DNA of 62,269 nucleotides, filler included, from Basidiobolus ranarum (Eukaryota), in NCBI GenBank assembly GCA_040143965.1. It is 21 parts of 21 records of this genome, joined end to end, with 100 filler letters (N's around TTAATTAATTAA, not from the genome) between each part and the next. Parts side by side here need not be neighbours in the genome. Positions count along the whole stretch, not along the records: positions 32,743 to 35,613 come from JASJQH010002909.1; positions 35,714 to 38,583 come from JASJQH010002910.1; positions 38,684 to 41,551 come from JASJQH010002911.1; positions 41,652 to 44,517 come from JASJQH010002912.1; positions 44,618 to 47,481 come from JASJQH010002913.1; 16 more parts are not named here. One strand, written 5' to 3'. A model generated the notes under the pieces. The model saw only the letters and a program-made list of their open reading frames with translations, searched no databases and was not told where the DNA came from. Positions 33,336 through 47,400 of this stretch are shown here, piece after piece (the stretch's first letter is position 1; the number at the start of each line of letters is the position of its first letter). A program made the position numbers and the translations under genes.

Positions 33336-35420
33336 TCCTAAAAAAAATAAAATTGATATGATCTGGATAAGATCCACCCTTTGAAATTGCAAACCATCAG
33401 AGAACCATCACAATATTGGTGGCCTATATTCTGCTAGGGATTCTGATGGTGTGACAGTGGTCTCTTGATGGTATTTTGATGGTATTTGTACATGTTAATA
33501 TATTGATCCTAATATTTGGCATACATTATTAAGTTCTGCCAATTTTTGCAAAAATATAATTTTTGAATGGCAAATTACTAGGTTTACTGCTGTAGGAATT
33601 CAAATCAATATGCATGCCTTTATTTAGATATTTTTGGCTTTTTATTCCAGCCATAATGATAATCAAAAAAAATAAGAATCTTGTAGTGTTTAGTCTGTAT
33701 ATATGCACATACTTGACTGATCAGAGATAACTCAACAACATCAATATGCTTTACAAGCAAACTAATGGTGGAAAAATTGCTAAATATCTGAAATTTTGAA
33801 TAGCACTGAGACTTGGCAAATAGCTGACTCTTTTTACTGTTCACAATGAGAATAAGCTCTTGGATTTTGGCAAATTTCCATAAAGAATTCAGCCAATATA
33901 TCCCCAACTTGCTGACAACAAATGTCCAGCCACAAATAGATGTGTCATTGCTTGAATACATTACCACATGGCTAAAACAAAAATACTACATATTTTAATC
34001 TATCTCACCAGAAGTCTGTCTTGCAGCTTTCCTAGAAGTACCATCAGATTATTACACAAACAAATAAGCCCAAATTATAGAGCTACTTACTCTGTGCCTA
34101 TGGATTGGGCTTTGTTGCTGTTATTGTGCTCAAACAATGCAAAAACCCTTGAGCACATTGAAAAGAGCCCTTTGTTGGAAGGTTAATATACTCTGGAGTC
34201 TCCTTAACCTATTGCATTACATCCATCACTGATTTTACTAATACATTATGAACTACATGAGCATACAGCAATACTGACAATTTCACATGGAGCATTATTT
34301 CACCACAGGTATGCTCCATTGGGAACTCCCTGAATGTATAGCAAGGGCCTATAATCTCTAAGCATTGTGAAAGATGCAGCAGGGAATGTATTGAATACCA
34401 GCATAGATTCAGTCTCTCTTCTCTAAACCAGAAATAAAGTTTTTCATTTCCAATTACAAAATCTTTGCACAGCTGCTGTCTCTGCATGAGATCTGCGAAT
34501 GTGAGTTGATGCCATCAGAATATATTAATAATATCCACAAACAACTTCTAATGTTGCCAATATTTATCATGCAGAAATCTTTTCAAGTTTCCATTTGAAT
34601 GTATACAAATCCAATACATCCAGTCTTTGCATTTGAATAAATGCCTAGACAAGTGGATATTGATGGGAGTCCTGGTAAAATATGATGGTATCTTGACATT
34701 TTCAAGCATTTTCCCAATTGATTCAAACTTTGATCCTAAGATCCTATCTCAAATGGCTCATTTGTATTTAATTAACCACTATATAGCTGATTAAGTAGTA
34801 TTTGAATGTTGTCAAATAGTGAGTGCGTAGTGCCTAATGGGAAGCCCTGGCTCCAGCTGATCCCCTTTAGCAATATAATCTTAGGCTTACAGCTAATACC
34901 AAGTTTGATGTTAGACTGACTATTTGGTGAATTGATATCAGAAATCATGTGGAAATCTAACCAGCCTCTTGATGAAAAAATCATGGAGCTTAGTCTTGTA
35001 TTTGGAAAGTAGTAATGCATGTGCCTGATAGAGTAGACTCCATTGATTTGACAAAATGTACAGCAAGATAGTGCATTGTGCCTACAAAAACCTCCAAGTT
35101 TACTGATGGCAGGAGTGTCACAACATATTCAATGATATTAGCTTTAATTGAATATTCACCAATCTAAATCCCATTAGATAGCAATTGAAATTTCACAATC
35201 AAAGGCTCCAAGAGGCTATCTGTAAGCACTGATGAATTAGGTCCAGATATGATGGTTAGTATCAAAATATTATGACTCTTATACCACTCAAAAGGAGGAA
35301 GATATAAGTTAATTAAAATTATTGGCCAGCAAGCCTTTCCAGTGGTACTTTTGTTTAGCAAGAAACCATCCAGAGCCAATGCAAATGTATGATCATATGT
35401 GTTCTTAAAGAAACCTTGAC
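33336..35420 (-). mobile_element. Degenerate CACTA/EnSpm transposon (Tnp2/Transposase_21 plus DUF4218-like region) with 3' terminus
   Basis: ALDGF...WPIILINLYLPP.EWYK..NIL...ISGP...DSLLEPLI and HSLLHL...IGPCYTF.EFPMEHTCG. The terminus at 33336 is shared with six other copies. Confidence 0.88.
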
Positions 35421-35613
35421 CCCTAACAAAATAACATTGATTTCATCTGGATTGGATCCACCCTCTGAAAGAGCAAAACCATCAGAGGACCGTCACAATA
35501 TTGGTGGCTTGCATTCTGTTAGGGTTTTTGATGGTGTGATGGGGGTTTCTTGATGGTATTTTGTTGGGATTCATACATGTTAAAATATTGATTCTCAAAT
35601 TTGGCACTCCTTA
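35421..35613 (-). mobile_element. CACTA 3' terminus nested in the preceding copy
   Basis: Starts CCCTAACAAAATAA and interrupts ACCTTGAC|TTTT, which is seen intact at about 57571-57582. Confidence 0.85.
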
Positions 35614-35713
35614 NNNNNNNNNNNNNNNNNNNNNNNNNNNNNNNNNNNNNNNNNNNNTTAATTAATTAANNNNNNNNNNNNNNNNNNNNNNNNNNNNNNN
35701 NNNNNNNNNNNNN

Positions 35714-38472
35714 AGTTCCCTGCTGCTTACAAACCATATCAGGATGTTTTGGTCAACAAATCCATCTGTTTACTCCAAATTGATCTCTTCTTCCAGATTT
35801 CCATTCAGAAAGGCTGTGTTTACATCCATTTGGTGTAAATCAAGGTCATGGAAGGCTGAGAGTGCCAGGATTGCTGTAGAGGAGCTAAATGTAGCTAGGA
35901 GCAAATTTCTCATTACCATCAACTCCGGAAATACACAGTTGAATAAGTGCTATTTTTGGTTTACTAAGCAAAAGGACTATTGGACAATGCTTAGATCATA
36001 ACAAACATGCCTGTTAAGTATGGGTGAAAATATGAGGTGATTTGGGGAGGTTTTGAGAAAATGGTGTAAATTGGCAAAATAGATCTAATTGATTCATCTA
36101 TCAATTAGAGCAATAAAAACACATTTTTGAATGGTATAATTGAATGCTAAATAATAAGAATATGAATAAACTAACTACTAAATAATGCGGTGCCAATTAC
36201 CAAATTTCAACATTCCCAATCAACTAATTATTTTGTATTTCTCTTAAACCTAAGTTATATCTCAATAATTCAAATTGTGCTTTAGCTAAAGGTTTGGTTC
36301 AGATGTCAGCAATGATTTCTTCAGTAGGGCAACAGGCAAGCTCAATTACATCATTCTCTATTGCTTCTCCAACAAAATGATGCCAAATATCTATATGTTT
36401 TGTTCTGGCTTGAACTGTAACGTTTTTAGCTAATCAAAGACAACTTTGATTATCTTAAAATGCATTAATTACATGTTTTTTGCATATATCCTAAGTCTTG
36501 AAATAACTTCCTTAACCACATAGCTTCTTATATTGTAGCAGAGGCAGCCATACACTCTGCTTCTGTAGTGGAAAGGGCTATGGTTGGTTGCTTCTTACTA
36601 TTCCAAGTTATGGATCCATTACCATTGTCAGCAGTGTACCTTGCAGTTAATCTTTGGAAATCAAGGTTTCTTCCCCAGGGTGCATTACTGTAGCCATCAA
36701 ACTTTCATGCAGCATGAGTGGCAGAGTATTCCTGAACTAGATCTACAGTTTCCTCAAATACCTGGCTTTTTGTTTTACTCCAGTTTTGTGCTCAGATCCA
36801 GTATTTTTGGGATATTGGCTGACTGGTCCCACTGCCACAGCAATGTCTGGATATGTTACAACCATTGTATACATTAAACTAACTACCATTGATTGATAGG
36901 GGAACTCCTGGCCTTTATTTAAGTCATTTTGAGCCAAATCAGATACAATCTGATTAATTTCTCATTGGGATCCATTGGTGTTGATACAGGGTTGATATTC
37001 TGCATGTTGAAGCATATTAAGATGTATGGGATATATCTAGACTGATTCAGCATGAATTTCTGATTGGTTTATCACTATTGATTGGGATTCCAAGAAAGTA
37101 TCCATATCTAGTGATCTAGATAAGGATCCTACTTCCCATTGCTTTGATGTAAAATAATACAATCTACTTTGCATTTTTGCATTTCCAGTTATTCCAAACA
37201 TGTATCTGTCTTGCGATACCATGCGCTGGTTTCTTGTTTGAATCCATATAGTGGTTCCCTGCAGCTTACAGAGCATATCAGGATGTTTTGGTCAACAAAT
37301 CCATATGTTTGCTCCAAATAGATCTCTTCTTCCAGATTTCCATTCAGAAAGGCTGTTTTTACATCCATTTGATGTAAATCAAAGTCATCGAAGGCTAAGA
37401 GTGCCAGGATTGGCAAAATCGAGCTAAATGTAGCTAGGAGCAAATTTTTAATTACCATGAACTCCTGGAGTATAGAATTGAATTAGTCCTATTTAGAGTT
37501 TACCATGAAACAGGACTTTTGGACATGCTTAGATCAAAACAAACATGCCTGTTAAACATGGGTGAAGATTTGAGATGATCTGGAAAGGTTTTGAGAAATA
37601 GTGAAAATTGGTGAAAGAGATCTAATTGATATATCTATCAATTAGAGTAATAAGCACACGTTTTTGAATGGCTTAATTGAGTGTTAAATAATCAGAATTT
37701 GAATAAACTAATTGCTAAATAATGGTTGCTATTTACCTAATTTCAACATTACCACTCAACTGATTATTTTGTATTACTCTTAAATCTAAGTTATATCTTA
37801 ATAATTCAAATTGTGCTTTAGCTGAAGGTTTTGTTCAGATATCAGCAATGATGTAGAGCAATAAAAACACATTTTTGAAAGGCATCCTTGAGTACTAAAT
37901 AATTAGAATTTGAATAAACTAACAGCTAAAAAATGAGTTGCCATTTACCTAATTTCAACATTCCCAATGAACTGATTATTTTGTATTTCTCTTAAACCTA
38001 AGTTATATCTTAATGATCCAAATTGTGCTCTAGCTAAAGGTTTTGTTCAGATGGCAGCAATGATTTCTTCAGTAGGGCAATAGACAAGCCCAGTTATATC
38101 ATTCTCTATTGCTTCTCAAACAAAATGATGCCTGATATCTGTATGTTTTGTTCTGGCTTGAACTGTAGTGTTATTAGCTAATCAAATACAACTTTGATTA
38201 TCTTCAAATACATTAATTACATGTTTTTGCATGTATCCTAAGTCTTTAAATGACTTCCTTAACCACATAGCTACTTGTATTGTAGCAGAGGCAGCCATAC
38301 ACTCTGCTTCTGTAGTGGAAAGTGCTATGGTTGGTTGCTTCTTACTATTCCAAGTTATAGCTCCATTCCCATAAAAAAAAGTGTACCCAGTTGTTGATCT
38401 TCTATCATCAAGATTTCTTCCCTAGTCTGCATCACTGTAACCTTCAAAAATTTGTGCCTCAGGAGTGGTATG
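35714..38472 (-). mobile_element. Tandemly duplicated deleted Copia derivative (partial RT, RNase H, LTR-like segment), second family
   Basis: LHQMDVKTAFLNGNLEEE occurs twice (about 35780-35840 and 37320-37380), RNase [18 protein letters not shown] twice, and an LTR-like segment starting TGTTGAAATT at about 36213, 37748 and 37960. Confidence 0.85.
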
Positions 38473-38583
38473 CCCTAACAGAAATTTGAGGATTGTTATT
38501 GTAGGAAAACCATCACAATTTTAATCCATTTGGGATTGACCGTTTACTTACCGTCATAAAATCGTCAAGTTAGATTTGATTTT
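38473..38583 (+). mobile_element. Putative CACTA 5' terminus inserted in Copia pol
   Basis: CCCTAACAGAAATTTGAGG..., the reverse complement of about 3030-3140. Confidence 0.65.
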
Positions 38584-39437
38584 NNNNNNNNNNNNNNNNN
38601 NNNNNNNNNNNNNNNNNNNNNNNNNNNTTAATTAATTAANNNNNNNNNNNNNNNNNNNNNNNNNNNNNNNNNNNNNNNNNNNNGAGAATAGTTAATTGCT
38701 TTCCATGAAGTCAAATGATCCTAAGTTTGTTGCACCACGTTATCCTTCAATGGATCTTTTTTCCCTTCTTACTGAAAACTCTTCATGCTGAAAACATTCC
38801 CGGTACTCCAAGACTATCTATATGCTGTTCTATACCTGAAGTAAGACATAGATATATTGCAACCTGCTCATCTCTGAATGTTAAAACAGATTAGGAAGTA
38901 TTTTGCTTGAGTGGCAATGAATAGACCTAGTTTGATAAAATCCATTTCACACTGAAGAGTGATCTGCATGACTGGTGGCATCACTTTCATAAATCTATGC
39001 CTACTCATATATTGCAAGTAACACTTCTGATTTTGAATTGGTAACTCTACTGTACAGGCACTAAGAAAGTGGTAGATAATTAATATTATTCAACATCTTA
39101 GTTAACTTTAGTTATGATACATTTATTAGAAACAGAAAGCAATATATCTATAGCTCCTACATTCTAAATAGGAATATCTCTATATCTATATAACAAGTAT
39201 GTCTTATTACCCCCACATTTCAATTATATCTTATTACACAAAATCCTGAATATCTCAAACAATTGATTTACTTCTCTACTTTATAAGTCACCAGATTCTA
39301 TTAAGAATAAAGTATCCAAAAATACTATCATAAGTTACCTCTAATATGCAAAGTCTACTCCCATTATGTCAAGATCCTCCAACATGGCAGCAGCAAGTGA
39401 ATTAGAGTCTTCTTCCCAAAAGGAGATTACTAATATT

Positions 39438-40791
39438 TGTTGAAACATACATTGCATAAACACCTATATAGTCATGTATAGTTTAGTACTTAGTTATCTT
39501 GTATTTCACTAAGATATTACCCATTATTGTCAAATGGAATTTACTTTGAATATTTTTACCAACTTAGAAGTTCTCAGATATTCAGATTCTTCAAGCTTGT
39601 GCTAGAAGCCCCAAACTTTGCACACATGTTTCTGGGACCTTTCTCAACACATTCTACATATTAGTTTGCCTACATCTTTTTAAAACTATAAATGTCATCT
39701 TTCTACTCAATAAATCAGCAAGCAAAAACCACCAATTTCTCTAATTCTCCAAACCACTTCCAACAGGCTCCCAAATACTTTAAAAGGTTATTAGCCCCCA
39801 GCTTGCACTCTCTGTAATGTCTACTTCCCAAATTTATGGAACTTTTCCCTCTTGTGAAAAATTGAATGGAATCAATTACCAAGTTTGGTTTTTGAGACAC
39901 TGTTGTAGGAGAAGAAAACAATGCAAAGCTATTTGAAACAGAAGTTTTACTCCAGGTTAAAAAAGAATAAAGTGCCTTTAACATAATTTGTCCTATTGTT
40001 AAAGACAAATTGCAAATTCAATATTCAAGAGCTAACACTGCCAAGAAGGTATGGAAAGCCTTGGAAGACACCTACCAAACATGTTCTGCTGCAAACAAGA
40101 TGTTTCTAAGAAGACAATTTTATAACTTAAAGATGAAGCTTGGAGAAGGCATTAAGTCTCCATTTAATAGAGTAACTGTTTTAGTGAATGAAATGGATGC
40201 ATTAGAGTATCTACTACTGATCAAGATGTCATAGTTACAGTCCTGAATAGTCTGCCACACATATTTCAGAGCCTAATAATGGCTCCAGAATCAAGAACTG
40301 AAAATATGACCATAAATTATGTATTTGGCAGAATTCCAGATGAAGATTTATGAAAATTAGGATCCAATCAAAAGAACAAAGAAAATGCTTAAATAGACTA
40401 TAAGAAACCTTCCTATAAAGGTAAAGAGCACTTCAAGAAGAAAAGTGACACACTCAGTGATTGCTGCAAAAGAACTGGCCATGTAAGCAAAGATTGCTTA
40501 GAAAGAACTGCAAAAAAGAAAAACATTCCAAATCTGGAAATGTGGTTACAACATAAGATCACTTGTTCCTATCTGCTCTCTCTGTGACTACCAACAAGGA
40601 TTCTCAGACATGATATATTGATTCTGGAGCCTCCCAACATTTCACAAATGAAAAACACTGGTTTAGGGATGACAAAGAAATCCCAAATAGAAAGGTTTTC
40701 ATGGGAGATAATTATACATTGGATACCATTGGAATGGGAACAGTTCAAGTCAATTTAACTGGAGCTTCTGAAGAGAAGGTATATGCTTTTA
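39438..40791 (+). mobile_element. Copia 5' LTR (39438-39785), PBS, gag and protease remnants
   Basis: 348-bp LTR, then GGTTATTAGCCCCCAG resembling the copia GGTTATGGGCCCAG primer-binding site; gag TAKKVWKALEDTY...LRRQFYNLKM; zinc knuckle CKRTGHVSKDC; protease IDSGASQH. Confidence 0.9.
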
Positions 40792-41064
40792 CCCTAACAA
40801 AAATAAAATCAATTTGATCTGGATTGGATCCATCATCTGAAATAGCAAAACCATCAGAGAACCATCACAATATTGGTGGCTTGCATTCTGCCAGGGATTT
40901 GGATATTGTGATGGCAGTTTCTTGATGGCATTTTGATGGTATTCAAAAATGTTAAAATATTGATCCTCAAGTTTGGCATGAGTTATTCAATATATGGCAA
41001 TTTTTGCAAAAATATAATTTTTGAATGGCAAATTACCGGGTTTACTGCTGTAGGAATTCAAATT
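40792..41064 (-). mobile_element. CACTA 3' terminus inserted in Copia
   Basis: Starts CCCTAACAAAAATAAAATCAATTTGATC, homologous to 33336-33605. Confidence 0.88.
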
Positions 41065-41551
41065 TGTTAAAGTATTTGGGAGCCTGTTGGAAGTGGTTTG
41101 GAGAATTAGAGGAATTGGTGGTTTTCACTTGTTGATTTATTGAGTAGAAAGTTGACATTTATAGTTTTGTCAAGATGTAAACAAACTAATGTGTAGAATA
41201 TGTTAAGGAAGGTCCCAGGAACATGTGTGCAAAGTTTGGGGCTTCTAGCACAAGTTTGAAAAATCTATATATCTGAGAACTTCTAAGTTGGTAAAAATAT
41301 TCTAAGTAAATTCCAATTGAGAATAATTGATAATATCTTAGTGAGTTATAAGATAACTAAGTACTAAGCTATATATGACTATATAGGTGTTTAGGCAATG
41401 CTAATTTCAACACTCTCCCTCAACTAAATAGTCATATAAACTAATCCTAATAAAGGTCTAAATTTCTCAAATTTCTGTCTAGCTAATGGTTTGGTTAATA
41501 TATCAGCAATCATGTCTTCTGTAGAACAATAAGTTAAGTCAATAAACTTAT
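41065..41551 (-). mobile_element. Copia 3' LTR (41065-41412), PPT and pol end, inserted in the CACTA terminus
   Basis: 348-bp TG...CA LTR on the minus strand preceded by GAGGGAGAG; the pol tail matches 29333-29460. Confidence 0.9.
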
Positions 41552-41651
41552 NNNNNNNNNNNNNNNNNNNNNNNNNNNNNNNNNNNNNNNNNNNNTTAAT
41601 TAATTAANNNNNNNNNNNNNNNNNNNNNNNNNNNNNNNNNNNNNNNNNNNN

Positions 41652-42361
41652 GATGGTATTTCCAGGAAAGCTGCAAGACAGACTTCTTGGTGAGATAGAT
41701 CAGAATATGCAGTATTACTGTTTCAGCCATGGGGCAATCTATTCATGTAATGACACATCTACTTGCGGCAGGACATTTATCAACTGTAAGTTGGGGATAT
41801 ATTGCCTGTTTTCTTCACTGAAATATGCCAAAATATGAGAGCTTATTCTCATTGTGAATGGTAACAAGAGTCAGTTATTTGCCAAATGTAAGTGCTATTC
41901 AAAATTTCAGATGTTTAGCAATTTTTTCGTTGTTGGTTTGCTGGTAAAGCATATTGATATAGTTGAATTATGTCTGATCAGTCAAGTATGTGCATATATA
42001 GAGACTAAACATAATGAGATTCTTGTATCTTTTGATTCTCATTATGGCTAGAATACAGAGCCAAAAATATCTTAATAAAGGCATGCATATTAATCAAATT
42101 CATACAGCAGTAAACTTAGTAATTTGCCATTCAAAAATTAAATTTTTGCAAAAATTGCCAGAAATTAACAATTCATGCCAAATATGAGGATCAATATTGT
42201 AACATGTACAAATACCAACTAAATACCATCAAGCACCACCATCACACCATCAAAATCTCTGGCAGAATGCAAGCCACCAATATTGTGATGGTTCTCTGAC
42301 AGTTTTGCAATTTAGAAGGGTGGATCCAATCTGGATCAAATCAATTTTATTTTTGTTAGAG
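41652..42361 (+). mobile_element. CACTA 3' portion and terminus
   Basis: Homologous to 49129-49838; ends ...TTTTATTTTTGTTAGAG. Confidence 0.87.
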
Positions 42362-43600
42362 TATTCCTTGTATGTTGATGGCAAATGCATTAATGACTCC
42401 AAACAGTGAAGAGACTCTGGTGTTGGCATCACACATTTTCCCATGTGTGTCAGTATCCACTGGGAGCAAGTGTTTGCATGGTAATGACTTATAGAAGTCC
42501 ATTAGCATCAGACAAATCCCTGAACCTCTATCAATATGGAGAGGTGAGAGTCTAAGATTCTCTTGGTGAGTGTCCCACAATCAGCCATCTTGCTTATCTT
42601 GTATTGCATGAGGTGGTTGGGCTGTTGAGGTCTTTCCTCAGTTGCTCTTGGTGTTGAGTTTGGAATGTTCCCAATAACAACCTCTGACTCAGAAAATTGT
42701 GCCTTCTGTGTACCAGTAGGTCTTAGTTCCCAAGTAGAGAAGCCTTTTGGTTGCATAGGCTTCAGCTAAGTGAGAAAAATTATCTTCATTGTCACATTCT
42801 GATGTTTGGTTTTAATGGTGGTCAAAAGCAAAGTGCTGTATGTTCTGGTCAGAGTCTTCATCAGCAATTGTTGTGAAGTGATAACTGGTAGTCAGAAAGT
42901 TGCTTCAATACCTCCTCTTCCAAAGTTTGACCTGACACTTTGCTAATATTAGATAGTTCTTCCTCTACATCAACTGTTCTGCTTTTTTTTTCTTATGAAT
43001 TTCACCATGACAATCTAGCAGAGCAGAATATGTGTTAAACCATTAAGCCTACACAACAACCCTTGCGTCATTGTTGTGTGACTCTCTAACTGCTGACTAG
43101 TTGCTTCCAAACACTGTATCAACTGTGATATTGCAGCATTATTGCTTGTCATGGCCTGTATAGCAACTTTGTAGTTTTTACTTATGATTGCATACAAATT
43201 GTTATGGTGTTCTGCCTGCAATTCTCTTGTTGTCATAATTCTCTTCAAATATTCTACAGAGGGTTATTCAATAGTGGGCAAAGTAGCCATTTTGGAAGTT
43301 GATGGTCTTAACAGTGTTTTGGTTAAACTTTGCTCAACTATTGATTTACTACGTAATTGGGCGATTATAATCTCTTCACTTACACTATGGCTGGAAAGGA
43401 ACATATCTGGTAAATTGATTAATGCTTCAGCATTACTTGAGTTAGTTTCCAGAATGTTAATGCCTTCCAAAGTGGATAGTGGATTGGTAGACTGCTCATT
43501 AATTAAGTCCTCTGTTCTACCTGGTTATTTTCCTTTTGTGCCAGCAGGCTTTGGCTTGGAAGCCAATTTTGATTTAGATTTTGAATGCTTTTTGCATGGA
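42362..43600 (-). pseudogene. Decayed long ORF of unknown, probably transposon-derived, origin
   Basis: The tracked ORFs 43264-43470 and 43015-43248 are in one frame, separated by single stops, from a likely ATG near 43597. CpG-poor like the TEs; no recognisable motif. Confidence 0.4.
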
Positions 43601-43910
43601 ATTGAAATTTTCAGATGGTAAACTTGGTGTATTGAAATTGCTTAGAAACCGTTGATAATAAACCAACATTGCCATCCATTACCAGAAATATCTTGAAAAT
43701 CCCCTGGTGACTCATCTGAGACACCATCTCAGAAGCAGCTGATGATATTGATGGGCTATACCTAAAATACCACCCTAAAGTAGGAGGTGTTCATTTTTCT
43801 AAAATCTCCTTTTCATGCCTCAACACAAAATTTAAGGAAACCCTTCTATTATTGTCATCAATTCTTGTGCTACAAAAGCCTGAGGCTTCCCAGAATAATT
43901 AATCACAAGC

Positions 43911-44452
43911 TGTCATGATTCTGATCTTGGCATACTGATCCACTGCAAATAGGACTCATTTCTATTATTAGATTATGACATCATATCTGCTGTGCAATCC
44001 CTTCTGGGCATTCTTGTGTTAGTCATCCAGATTACCTTATATGGAAGTCATGTTCTTTGGAACATTGTATGAAACCTAAACAATCATGTCATCCCAAACA
44101 TAGTGTATTTCCACCAAGTCCTTCCATGGAAGGTCACCTGATCATCCTTACATCATCCTTACATCATCCCTCTTTGTATTGGTCCTTGTAGTCCCGAACA
44201 CCTCAACTCTTTAACTTGCCACATTATAGTCCTTATTCCATATATTATGTTTCACCTTGCAATATCTATATAAGCCCCATATATTGCTTGATCAGACCTC
44301 AATCTGATCAATGCCAGTTGTCAATAAAGATTTTTGCTAAAGTATCTTCCTTATCCAGTCTTGTCTTGTCTTGTGGTCTACACCTGAGTACTCTCCTGCC
44401 TTCTAACCTCTTGTCATTGTTCCCAGTCCTTGTCCAGTTCCTTATTGTGACA
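43911..44452 (+). mobile_element. Putative LTR (Gypsy-like ends)
   Basis: TGTCATGAT...ATTGTGACA imperfect inverted ends, internal TATATAA (about 44267) and AATAAA (about 44323). No target-site duplication, so possibly a 5' LTR. Confidence 0.5.
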
Positions 44453-47400
44453 GTTTGATCAGACTACTTATACTTGCCTGTAGACTTCCCTCCATCCCTG
44501 CTCTCCAACCTTGAAACNNNNNNNNNNNNNNNNNNNNNNNNNNNNNNNNNNNNNNNNNNNNTTAATTAATTAANNNNNNNNNNNNNNNNNNNNNNNNNNN
44601 NNNNNNNNNNNNNNNNNGCCTCATGTAAGAAGCTTGATCTACCTAGCACTGCTTGTGTATTTTGGTTAACCCTACAAGTATTACACCATCACTGACTCCC
44701 GGCTGCTTTTACTGAGAATTGATCACTCACTGACAATATGTTAATATAAGATAGTAACTTTTTTTTGAAATCACTCACTACACACTCACTCCAATCAAGC
44801 TTAGAACCCAAGTGCTCAGCAGCTCTTCCTTGAATGTGCTTTATTGGCCATATATTCAATGATTTAGTTATAGCCACTTGCTACACGGAAATTCAATGAC
44901 TAAGGAATTCCACAACTGGTTGAGATTTAGTTGTTTAGTAAATATATCACACTCATTGAATTCATCGTGTACGCATTATTTTGTATATTCTGAGTGTATA
45001 TAGACACATGTTTAAAACCCACTTGGCACTAACAGAAATTCAATTTGAACCCTTCTACACAATATATCCATACTCTGAAGCATTCTCCCTTTTTTATTAG
45101 ATGAGCACTGATTCTATTAGTTACCAATAAAAATTCGAAATGGATGAGAGTGACGCTTTTCAAGGTTGATTTCTATGCACCCATCAGTTCTCATGTCAGA
45201 ACAAGGATTATCTAATACAGTGGATGAGTGAGAGTAGGTGGCTGGGTGGCTGAACGGCAAAATAGTAAGAGTTTGGGGAAGTAGGAAATGAAAATCTGGT
45301 ATAATCCAACTCTCGAGATTTACCTGTACGAGTATAGCCTAATATTGAATTGAATATTCCCATATATAATGAAGGAATATAGTTCAATACCAAAAATCCA
45401 TTATATCCTGTAATAAATTTGACTTAGTGTTACCTTAGGTAATCAGCATTAAAGGAAAGATTGAATTTTATAGACCGTCATTTCTCACTTTCACATAATC
45501 GATTGATTGATTTTCATTTACACTTCAGGCAGAATGCCTGGGGGTAGATTTACAGATACCGGCCCGTATTGTTTATTGGTAGTCGATTATGAGATAGATT
45601 GGTCAGAGCTGTAAAAGTCATAATCGTATGTACCAGACCCACCATTCCAAACAAATATGAAGGACTCCACAAGTTAATATAAGGCATAGCCTATTTTTAA
45701 AGTCTAAGAACCATTACCAGGCCACGAGGGCATCACTCCCGAACGCTTCCACAGAATTTAGGGAAACTAAGGTGCAGGTGTGCATCGGCATAAGACCTAT
45801 AATTGGCCAGTAATGAATCCCAGGTATACTTCATCCAAAGAGAAGTTAGGACCTGACCCGGATATGAAACTATCTTTGTTTATACCTAATTCATTAGACC
45901 AATGGACCATTTCCCACGCCAAAAAAGACATCAATTTTTCATCCTAATTTATCTAATAATATACGAATTTATGTTAACATATCAATCATAATGTTGATTA
46001 GAATTCGAATCTATCCATTCATAAATATCTATCATTTCGATGAGTTTGATGCTGAGAGTTCCAAAAGCCACTAAAGATCTATGGAGATTAGGCTGAAGCC
46101 AATCAAGATAAATATAACCTTACTAGCTAATCGCCAAATCGATCACATTGACCTAAGCCGATACAAGAGCAAAATTCTAATGTTCTAGAGCAATCAACAA
46201 TTTAAAGGTGATTTCTCAGAGTCCATCGGAAGCAGCATTCTGTCGTCGTGGTACAGCATGATAATTGGCAAGGTGGTTCACATCAGGCACCCACTTTATC
46301 TAACAGAGCTAATAAAGTTAGCAATGATATATGATGCTCATTTTCTAGTTACATACCAGTAGTCGCTACCCCTTTCTTTGGGGAAAATCAAACGTTGAAG
46401 GGAGTGAGTAGACGATCAAGTTTTCATGCGAAACTAGGGATAGCGAAATGAATCACATCCAGGGACGATCCTACATAGATTCAGGTGAGTATTTGTCTAA
46501 CTTCCGCCCAATCCAGCAGTACTCTTCGATACAAACTCTATTGTTCGTACTTTTCAATCAGGGGAATGAACTGCTCTTGTTTTGAAAATAAGAAGACACA
46601 CTCTTTGAACCCCCCCCATTGCCAGAATGGATCTAGAAGAGTGGTATCAAGCGTTTCTGTATACTACATTCCCTGATATATTTAATATGCAGTAAGCATA
46701 ATGATGATGACATCAAAATCATTGCATTCAATTTTTTGATTAATCTGACACAGTTAAAATGAGCTTACCAAGCATGAGAAAAGTTGCGGCAATGAATGTA
46801 CTAGGCAATATTTACCTCTGTACTACAGTTAAACCATACTATAGCAGTAGTCATAGTTCGAGTTAATCTTTGACTATTGTCCATAAGTATTCATGACGGT
46901 CAAAGGTATCTTTACTACTCGTAGCTACGATGGTACAAGTCTTAGATGATATCAATAGTAATTTTGTGTGTTCATACTACATATGAATATAATCGAATTG
47001 GTGGAACTCAAGTAACGTCACCAAGGGTTCTTTCTGATTCATCCAGACCGTGGGCCTTCCATTCAAAAACTAGACTGTTGTCTTGAGAGGTTATCTTATC
47101 GCGTAGATATCGCCGATATACTAAAGAATGCCATATTTGAGTCGATGCTAACAAAAGATAATCGAATTCATCAGTGAAGCATTGATTTTGTGTGGGATCC
47201 AAGAAACCGAAGAATGTAACTGAATAGGAAAGAGTGTAAAGTATGATGAAGACATATTGGATTGTTCTCAAGGATTTATTGACATTCGCAGTAGTATAGG
47301 TTTAGAGTATATAGGGTTGATAATCCATGTCTGGAATGACACCAATCAAAATATTTACAAATACAAATTGACCATGTTGACATGGATGTAACTATACATA

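Noticed and set aside
33620-33967. Recurrent ORFs containing KSQLFAKCQCYSKFQMFSNF (also 41854, 47664, 58230)
   Set aside because: Pieces of the repeated CACTA 3' region, not an independent host gene family.
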